A stretch of DNA of 64,000 nucleotides from Okamejei kenojei (taxonomy: Eukaryota). The stretch spans positions 35,650,001 through 35,714,000 of the forward strand of contig CM069132.1 in assembly GCA_035221665.1 (NCBI GenBank), given 5' to 3'. Positions 54,962 to 64,000 of the stretch are shown here, piece by piece; positions within the stretch are counted from its first letter, which is position 1; the number at the start of each line of letters is the position of its first letter. A program made the position numbers and the translations under genes. The notes beneath the pieces are model-generated. The model ran no database searches, was not told the origin of the DNA, and saw only the letters and a list, made by a program, of their open reading frames with translations.

Positions 54962-55690
54962 GCTGACCTCGGTTGCTATCTATCTGGAGTTTGCATGTTC
55001 TCCATGTGACCACGTGGGTTTCCTCCGGGTGCTCTATTTTCCTCCCACATCCCAAAGACGTGGAAGTTTGTAGATTAATTGGTCTCAGTAAAATTGCCTC
55101 TGGTGTGTAAAGAGTTGATGAGAAAAGGAGTTACAGAGAACTAGTATGAACAGGTGATCAAAGATAGGCTTGGACTCAGTGAGCCAAAGGGCCTGTTTCC
55201 ACACTGCATATCTAAAACTAAACTTGTAATGATCATCAATGGAGATCTAACTTTGCTGCCACCTGGAGGCCTAAATACAAGATATTTCTCAGGCAATATT
55301 GCAGTAATATTGTAGTCAGTTAATTTGAATGAATGTGATATCTATTAAATATTTCCTGAAATATGGGGATGGAAAATTATTTCATTTTTCATGGTACTGG
55401 TATGTTGAAGTTAAATAAAAATTCAAGGTCCCTGAGTTAGTTGCATTTGGCCCATATCCCTCTAAACATTTTCTATCCTTTTAAACATTCTACTTGTATC
55501 TGTTTTCACCATTTCCTCTGCCTGCTCATTCCATATACTTACCGCCTCCTGTGTGGAAAATCAAAGAACCCGGAGGAAATCCACGTGGTCACAGGGAGAA
55601 TGTGCAAACTCAACACAGACACAACCCAAGGTCATGATTGAACCCTGTTTTCCAGCGCTGTGAGGCAGCAGCTCTACCACTGTACCACTT
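54962..55690. mobile_element. Two V/HE1-type SINEs (about 54962-55222 on +, about 55560-55690 on -)
   Basis: SINE body and gggcctgtttcc...ctaaactaaac tail. Confidence 0.7.
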
Positions 55691-56302
55691 GCTGTCGTGT
55701 AGTTCCCTGTATTGTCCTTGCAGCCTTGCTTAAATAAAGGCACTATATTATCCAGCTTCCGGTACCTCACCCATTGCTAGGGAAGATTAAAACATTTCTG
55801 CCAGACTGATACATGCATCACGATGGTGGCAGGAGAGGTGCGTGGATGGAGGAGAGGATTGATGTCAGTGAACAGGCTATGGCCTCACCTTTCACCTGCT
55901 TGGAGTAGCTCCGGAGGTGTCCCGGTGCATAGAGGCTGAGTGGTGGCTGCAAGAGGCGAAGGAATGGCACGTTCACGGGTTAATGTGTCCATAGAGTAGG
56001 CCACAGGAGGCCCTGCAGCACCTGGGATATCATGTCGATCGGGCACTGCTGGACGTCCCACAGAGATGTATTAGACATGGGCTGCAGTGGCATGGAGTGG
56101 CTGAGCAGTGGTAGAGGACATTGACAGCATCACCAGGCCATGCCAACGTCTGCAACACCGACCCAGTGATAGTGCACCAGAAAATGGGCCTTTAAAGCCA
56201 AGCTAAGACTTTATACTTTTAAGAAAGTGTTTGGGGGTATTTTTAAAGCAGAGATTGGCAGCGTCTTGATTAGGGTGTCAAAGGTTATAAAAATAGATCA
56301 GC

Positions 56303-56340
56303 TAGGTCTGAAGAAGGGTCTCAACCCGAAACGTCACCTA
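56303..56340 (+). ncRNA. Minimal type I hammerhead ribozyme motif (Penelope-associated)
   Basis: UAGGU-CUGAAGA-A-GGGU(CUCA)ACCC-GAAA-CGUC-ACCUA: intact core, helices I and II, palindromic ACGU helix III. Confidence 0.6.
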
Positions 56341-57299
56341 TCTCCTTCGCTCCTTAGATGCTGCTGCACCCGCTGAGTTTCTCTAACCTTTTGTGTACCC
56401 TTAGCTAGGATTGAATTGTGGAGTCAACTCATTGGTCTGAATGGCCTAATTCTGTTCCTATGACTTATGAACCTGTGAATTGGAAGCCAAAAAACTTGCA
56501 GTTACAAATTTGAAAGTATTTTCTTAGAAGACACTTGTAGCAAGAGACTTATAGTCCGGTCATTCCTTCCTCACCCCACCCCTCTCGGGCAGAGGATATG
56601 GAAGCTTGAACGTGTGCACCACCAGAATCAAGAACAACATCTTTGCTTCTATTATCAGGCTTCAGAATATTCTTTCCATAAGCTACGTACGGTACAGTCT
56701 AATTCTCCACTACTGAATTGCAGGCGTTAGAATGTGTCTCTGGAACTGTTGTGCTAAAATGCTGAGAACTATATTCTGCATCTTTTCCTTCAGTCTACCT
56801 ATTATACTTGAGTTTGTCTTGATTGTATTTATGTATAGTATCATCTGATTTGACTGGATAGCATGCAAATCAAAGCTTTTTACTGTACCTCGGTGCATGT
56901 GGCAAATATAAACCTAAACCAAAACTAAGCACATGGAAATCAAGGGTACGGAATTGTGGAAATGGTTTTATTGAAGATTGAAAACAGAAAGAAAGGTGAC
57001 ATGTTAATGTCAGGAAGTGGGAGATGGCTGTCAATTTAGGCAGCACTGTTTTTTTAGCAGGGGTTATCCGAGGAAAGGGATTGTTGGAGTCAAAATAAAA
57101 TAGGGATAAAGGAACTTAGATTAATTTTCAAATTACGAAGGATAAGAAGCCACTCAATGCAATGCCTGATGAAGGAAATGAGATGTTACCTTGGCGATAA
57201 ATTATATTGTGCGAGATTATCACAAAGAGCGGTGCTAGAGGGGAATGTGCCAGAGGCATGTGGTAAGTATGACTCAAAAAAAATTGCAGACATTCAATA

Positions 57300-58460
57300 T
57301 CAGGACTGTGCAATGCTGATACAGGCCAAAGGACTGACTCACAATGCAGAAGTGCTGCCACCCAGTGAGAAAGTGAGAGAAGTGCGCTGGGCTACAAGTG
57401 AGGTTGAATCAACATTATTTCAAGACCCCCCTCTCCCCAGCATACTAATGGCTAATGTACAGTCTACAGAGAATAAGCTGGATGAACGTAAAGCCAGACT
57501 AACTTAGTGAACTGAGAGACTGCTGTGTCCTGTTTCAGACATGGCACACCCATAACATACCCGACTACCATTCAGCCCGATGGAGTCTCCCTTCACTGGA
57601 GAGACCGTACAGCATCTTTGGTAAAGGTTAGAGGAGCAGGCTTTCGAGAAAAACTCTCGACCACAGCTAAACATCCATCAAAAAAAAAATCCCTTTCGCT
57701 CTGTTCCTTGGCCACATTTCAGGAAAACTGATCACCTAGTTGTGCTTCTGCTCATTCTTACAACCCAAAACTGAAGCAGGAGGATCTGGTACAGAAAGTT
57801 GTTCAATGCTGGTTGGCAGACACAGATGGCATCTTACACAACTGCTTTGAGTCAGTGGACTAGTACACATTCAGGGATACCACAGCTAACCTGAATGAGT
57901 ACACCACTGCCGTGACCGACTTCATCAACAAGTGCGTAGAGAAGTACGTGCTGACCAAGACAATTCAAGTGTTTTCCGACCAGAAACCATGTATGAACCG
58001 TGAGGTACATTCCCAGGAAAAGGCAAGGTCCGCTGCATAAATGTCAAACAATTCCGAGCGGTACAATAAAGCTCGCTATGATCTTCGCAAAGCCATCAAG
58101 GCTTGAGTCCCAGTATAATCATTTGGACACTGGCAGAATCTTACACGGTTTGAATACTCTAACTGGCTGCAAAGCAGTCAGACGACATCAAAGGTGATAG
58201 TGCAACCTTACCTGAAGAACTTAATAACCTCGCCATGAGCAGATGGCCACAGGGCCATGACATCGTCCCATCACATTGATGCATGCCTCTTCCCAGGGTT
58301 ACTGTTGCAGAAGTTAGATCAGCCTTCCTAATGGTAAACATACGAAAAGTAACTGGCCTGGACGGAGTCACTGGCTGTGTCTTTAGGAACTAGATGGACC
58401 AACTAGCGGGAGCATTCATGGACATCTTTAAATTCTCCTTCCTCCATTCTGAGGTACATG
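57300..58460 (+). mobile_element. Decayed Rex1/Babar-like LINE (endonuclease to RT region)
   Basis: PLPSILMANVQSTENKLDERKARL; downstream remnants dcfesvdw, fsdqkpcmn and RKVTGLDGV (KAxGPDG-like) with stops and frameshifts. Confidence 0.7.
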
Positions 58461-59084
58461 AACAGCCAGCAATGTGTGCCTTAGTGAGCCTTGTGGAGAA
58501 TGTAAAGAATGGTATCAATGGGTTCATTAAAGGAGATTCGAACCACTGAGAGCAGGAGAGAAGAGGGTAATCATAAGAAGGGGTGGAATATCATAGAAGG
58601 TGGCAAATTGAAACAAAATCCTCATTATGTAATAATGAGCAATGGAGAGAGTTCCATGAAAGTATCAAGAGAAAATACAAAATTGGAAAAATACGTCTGA
58701 AGTGACAGCTAAAATTCGTATTTGAGCAAGTTAAAAGGGGAATTCCATTTATATAGATAGAATATAGACAGGAATCACGCAATCCATTGGCTTATAAATT
58801 CAGCCAGTCCAAACTTCAGAGATTTTTGAAGTAATGGCTCACTCTGGAACTTTCATGTTGCTTGCTGAGAAAAAAAGTCCCTGCCCTTGCATTGTTGCAA
58901 GATGTGGAAAAAAAGTAAGATAAAGGACTGGGTATTGCACCTCCTGCAGAAAGTGATAAGGTGGAAAACTGGATCTGGGATCTGTGAAAGGAAAGGTTTA
59001 TTCAGAATGCTGGGAGAAGGGTGGGGAAATTGTGTCTCTTGGTGGAAACTTGTTGGAATCAGAGACCCAAACAATCCTTCTAAT

Positions 59085-59530
59085 TGATGAAGCAATTCAC
59101 TTACACTTCCTCCAACTTAATGTATTGCGCACTGGAGAAATAAACACAGAGTGGTCGACCTATTTGCAAAGCTTCTCCATTCAGTCCAGCAGGGCCACCC
59201 TGAGGTTCCAGTTGCTTACTCATACTCTGACTTATCAGTCTATGGCCTCCCACACTGTTCCAACTGTACACAATGTAAGCTTGAGGAACAGGAACTCATC
59301 TTCTGTTGTGGAAAGTTGAGGCGTTTGGCTCTCAATATCAATTTCAACAATTTCTGATAACTTCATCTTTCTGTCTGTATCAGAACTGGTCAGTTCTGCT
59401 AAAGGATATCTGTCTGTGATATTAACTCGGTCTGAAGAAGGATCTCGACGCGAAACGTCACCAATTCCTTCTCACCAGAGATGTTGCCTGTCCCGCTGAG
59501 TTACTCCGGTATTTTGTGTCTATCTTCATA
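59085..59530 (+). mobile_element. Penelope-like retroelement 3' part with terminal hammerhead-bearing repeat
   Basis: FTYTSSNLMYC..GE (GIY-YIG start) and ORF ...DLSVYGLPHC...KLEEQELIF...LNINFNNF*, followed by ctgaagaagg...cgaaacgtcacc at about 59432-59462. Confidence 0.75.
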
Positions 59531-59539
59531 TTAGCTCAG

Positions 59540-59542
<3 letters not shown>

Positions 59543-59574
<32 letters not shown>
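59543..59574. repeat. (CT)n microsatellite
   Basis: Read directly. Confidence 0.95.
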
Positions 59575-59576
<2 letters not shown>

Positions 59577-59889
59577 ATTCACTGCTTGACATGCTGGACA
59601 GGAAAATGATGGATGGGATGATGTTGGGACCATACCTGGAATATTATGTACAGTTGTGGATGCCATACTAGAGGAAGGATGTGATCAAGCCAGAGAAGAT
59701 ACAATAAAGATTCATAAGGATTTTGCTAGGACAGTAAATGTTGAACATTTAATCATCCCCAAACATTTTATTGAGTTAAATATAGTCAGATAGCAAGGCA
59801 CTGGGGAGGGTGTGGAATCTAACAAGAATGCAAAGCTTTAGTTATGGAAAAGCTAATTAAATTTGAAAATGCATTTCCATTAACAGAGA

Positions 59890-61034
59890 TGGCACAGTGA
59901 TGCAGCGGTGGAGTTGCTGCCTTACAACATCAGAGGACAGGGTTCAATCCTAATTACGGGTGCTGTCTGTACGGAGTTTGCACATTCTCCCGGTAAGCTG
60001 TGTGGGTTTTTTTCCGGGTGCTTCAGTTTCCTCTCACTCCAAAGACGTACAGGTTTGTAGGTTAATTGGCTTGGTAAAATTGTAAATTGCACCTAGTGAG
60101 TAGGGGGCGCCGTCCAGTTGATATGGCTGCCCAGCCTGCAGCTGTCTGTCTTTTAACTTCTTTCTTTTATTTTAGTGAGTTTTAGTTTTGGAGTCTATTC
60201 CTTTTTTATGTGGGGGGTGGGGGGGGGGGGGGAAGGGGGAAACTGCTTTTCCTGGTCTCTACCTGGTCGGAGAGGCAGCTTTTCTCTGGGCTGCAACCTC
60301 GACCCGTCCTCGCGGCCTACCAGCGGGCCTGGAGCGGTGTTTCCTGGGGGAACCGCCCAGAACTTCGGCTTCGGAGGTGGCGCAGCGCTGGAGCACCATT
60401 GTGGAGCGGAGCGGGCGATGCCTTGCCTGGGTGGCAGAGCTGGAGCTCCGGAATGCTGAGACCGCAGGTGAACATTGCGGAGCTGCGGGACTGTGGGGCG
60501 ACCAGCTGCGGGCGGCGGCGCTAAACCTTTACATCGGGAGCCTGGGATCTCTCGGCGAGATCGCCAGGGATGGAGCTCCATCCGGCGCGGCCTTGTCGGC
60601 TTCGGAAGCCACGGTAAGGAAGAGGCCGTTCCAGGTGTCCCAAGCCGCTGTGAGGATTCTCCCGACGCCGGACCACCATCACCCGGCGCGAAGGCCTAAA
60701 ACATCGGGTCACTGTAGCGCCGACTGCGGAGGCCTCAATAGGCCTGACTATGGGTGGACATGGGGATGGGACTGAACTTTATGCCTTCCCCCACAGTGGG
60801 AACCATTGTGGGGGGATGTTTTTATGTTTATTGTTAATTCTTTAATGTTGTGTCTTATCTTTATCTGTGTGCTGCATGGCAAGTCAAATTTCACTACACC
60901 AATTGGTGTATGTGACAATAAATGTCCTTTGTCCTTTGTGCTGAGTAGGATCATGTTAGTGTGCGGGGATCGCTGGTAGGTGTGGACTCGGTGGGCCGAC
61001 GGGCCTGTTTCTGTGCTGTATCTCTAAACTAAAC
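59890..61034 (+). mobile_element. V/HE1-type SINE interrupted by a GC-rich repeat (about 60103-60940)
   Basis: SINE head and body to about 60100, SINE tail from about 60945; insert ends aataaa(tgtcctt)2; possible TSD tgagtagg at 60097-60104 and 60942-60949. Confidence 0.75.
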
Positions 61035-62082
61035 AGGACCCGACCCAAAGTGTTGCCTGTCTATTTCCATCCACAGATGCTGCCTGATGTCCTGAGTTCA
61101 TCCTGCAGTTTGATTTTTGCTTAAGATTCCAGCATCTTCATCTCATGTGTCTCCTAGATAGGCTCGAATGGCATTGCAGGAGGAGTAGTAAGCAGAGTGT
61201 TCACCTACAGAGGGTTATAAAATCATGGCAGACATAGATATGGTGGATGGTCAGTCTTTTTCCCCCAGAGTAGGAGAGTCCAAGAGGGAATATGTTTAAG
61301 GTGAGATAAATGATTTAAAGGTGACCTGAGAGGCAGGTTTTCACACAAAGGGTGGTGAGTGTATGGAATGAACTGTCAGAGGAAGAGGTAGAGATCAATA
61401 TAATTGGAGAGTTTCATGGATAGGAATGATTTAGAGGAAAATGGGCCAAATGTAGACGAAGGGGTCTAGCTCAGGAAGGCAGCTTGGTTGGCGCATGGAT
61501 TACTGGGTTAAAGGGTCTCTTTCCCTGCTGTATAACTTGATGACCCCAAGGCCAATGACAAGTTCCCATAATGGTCCATTGTTGGCTGTGGAAGGCTGCG
61601 TTATTCAACAGTCAACAATGAACCATTGTGGGCTCCACCTTTCTTGAATCATCGGTGCTGGCTCTTTGTTCTGTACTTTTTCGTACCTCTAGTTGTTCTC
61701 CCCTGACACTCAGTCCTAAGAGGAACCGAAACGTCACCACTTCCTTTTCTCTAGAGATGCTGCCTGACCTGCTGAGTTACTCCAGCATTCTGTGTCTATC
61801 TTCAGTGCAAACAGCATCTGCGATTCCTTCCCACACAATAGAAGAAGTACTGTTAGCTGCACACACAAATCGATGCACCCACGCAACCTTCTGCACTCAA
61901 GCAATCCGTGCTTGTCATTACAATGCTTGCTTGTCATTAGCTAGTGTTGTAGGCAATCCTCCCTCGCAGCAAACATTTCATTTCACAGCCATCACTTCAA
62001 GTGTAGATGGGTTTTTTAAAATTCCTAAACTAGATCAGCTACTTTGTTCTCTTCGCAATGACCTATAACTTGTTTTGAGTTA

Positions 62083-64000
62083 GAAACATAGAAAATAGGT
62101 GCAGGAGTAGGCCATTCGGCCCTTCAAGCCAACACTGCCATTCAATATGATCATGGCTGATCATTGTAATTAAGGTGAATCGTTCCAGCTTTTTCCCCCA
62201 TCTCCCTTGATTCGAACTCTTGAAAACATCCAGTGAATTGGCCTCCACTGACTTCTGTGGCAGAGAATCTCACAGATTCACAACTCTCTGAATGAAAAAG
62301 TTTTTCCTCATCTCAGTCCTAAATGGCCTACCCCTTATTCTAAAAATGTGACCCCTGGTTCTGGACTCCCCCAACATCAGGAATGTTTTTCCTGCATCTA
62401 CCCTGTCCAATCCTCTAGGAATTTTATGTTTCTATACGATCCCCTCTCATCCTTCTAAATTCCAGTAAATACAAGCCCAGATGGCCCATTCTTTCTTCAT
62501 ACGTCAGTCCCGCCATCCCGTGAATTAAACTGGTGAATCTACTTTGCACATCCTCAAGAGCAATAATGTTCTCCTTCAAATTAGGAGACCAGAAATGCAC
62601 ACAATACTCCAGGTGCGGTCTCACCAGAGCCATGTACAACTGCAGTAGGACCTCCTTGCTCCTAAACTCAAATCCTCTCGCAATGAAGGCCGACATGCCA
62701 TTGGCTTTCTTCACTGCCTGCTGTACCTGCATGTGTACTTTCAGTGACTGATGTACAAGCACACCCAGAACTCGTTGCACTTCCCCTTCTCCTAATCTAA
62801 CACCATTCAGATAATAATCTACCTTCCTGTTCTTGCCACCAAAGTGGATAACCTCACATTTATCCACACATTTATCTATATTATACTGCATCTGCCATGC
62901 TTCTACCCACTCACCCAACCTATCCAAGTCACCCTGCAGCCTCATAGCATTGTCCTCACTGCTCACACGGCCACCCAGCTTTATGTCATCCGCAAACTTA
63001 GAGATGTTACATTTAATTCCCTCAACCAAATCGTTAATATAAATTGTAATTGGGGTCCCAGCACCATGCCTTGCGGCACCCCATTTGTCATTGCCTGCCA
63101 TTCTGAAAAGGGCCCGTTAATTCCTACAGTTTGCTTCCTGTCTGCCAACCAGTTTGCTATCCTTGTCAATACCCTACCCCCAATACCATGTGCTCTAATT
63201 TTGCACACTAATCTTGTGTGGGACCTTGTCAAAGGCTTTTTGAAAGTCCAGATACATTACATCCACTGGCTCTCCCTTATCCAATCTACTTGTTACATCC
63301 TCCAAAAATTCAAAGATTTCCCCATCATAAATCCATCCAACCGATCCCATCACTGCTTTCCAAATGCGCTGCTATAACACCTTTAATAATTTACTCCAGT
63401 ATCTTCCCTGATACTGACGTAAAGCTAACTGGTCTATAATTCCCGTTTTCTCACTCCCTCCTTTCTTAAAAAGTGGAGTTACATTGGCTACCCTCCAGTC
63501 TGATCCAGAGTCGAGAGACTCTGGAACTGATCCAGAGTCGAGAGACTCTGTTCACCAATGCATCCACAATTTCTAGGGCCACATCCTTGAGTACTCTGGG
63601 ATGCAGACCATCTGGCCCTGGAGATTTATCTGCCTTCAGTTACCTAACAGCATTTTCTGACTAATGTGGAATCCCTTCAGTTCCTCCCTCTCACTAGATC
63701 CTCAGTCCCCTAGTATTTCCGGGAGATTGGTTCTATCTTCACTAAGGAAGACAAAGTACTCGTTTAAGTGTTCTGCCATTTCCTTGTTTCCCATTGTAAA
63801 TTCACCTGTCTCTGACTTTGAGAGCTACATTCGTCTTCATTAATCTTATTCTTTTTTGCATACCCGTAGAAACATTTAGTCAGTTTTTATATTCCCCACA
63901 AGCTTTCTTTCATGCTCTTCTCCCCCCCCCCCCCCCCCCCGGTCTTAATTAACCCCTTTGCCCCCCCCCCGTTGAATTCTAAATTTCTCCCAGTCCTGTT
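62083..64000 (-). mobile_element. CR1/HER1-type LINE (RT domain to 3' tail), disrupted
   Basis: GVPQGMVLGP, YINDL...KFADD and LYMALVRPHLEYCVHFWSP motifs; frameshifts; 3' tail at about 62085. Confidence 0.92.

Noticed and set aside
60175-60775. Overlapping 95-195 aa ORFs
   Set aside because: They arise from stop-codon scarcity in a GC-rich repeat; no domain was recognised.
50300-64000. A neighbouring gene such as CASD1 downstream
   Set aside because: I could not identify any exon; the region is dominated by repeats.
1-64000. CRISPR arrays, operons, tRNA or rRNA genes
   Set aside because: This is intron-rich vertebrate DNA; the tRNA-like segments are SINE heads, and no repeat-spacer arrays were seen.

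Overview
This is eukaryotic (vertebrate) genomic DNA, probably from a cartilaginous fish such as a skate or ray; that assignment is inferred from the HE1/V-type SINE, CR1 and Penelope repeats. The window holds almost the whole fibrillar collagen gene COL1A2 (pro-alpha2(I)) on the + strand: exons 2-52 (1603-49411) and a conserved 3'UTR to about 50230. Exon 1 was not found and presumably lies upstream. I located every exon by hand from its splice sites and Gly-X-Y frame. Alpha2(I) hallmarks are the missing vWC domain, separate exons 33/34, no C-telopeptide Lys, a 7-Cys C-propeptide ([11 protein letters not shown]) and the CFK* end. The standout anomaly is two intact but fully diverged 54-bp versions of exon 24 (21301-21354 and 21394-21447) separated by only 39 nt. 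That is the architecture of mutually exclusive exons, here inside the triple helix. Other notable points are a GC-AG intron 10, a very proline-poor helix (about 13%), local duplications around exons 27 and 40, and Penelope-derived hammerhead ribozyme motifs. The mobile elements include a Harbinger-type MITE with a nested palindrome, an L1-like insertion with a TSD, a hAT MITE, and many SINE/LINE fragments. Most ORF-track entries are spurious or repeat-derived.
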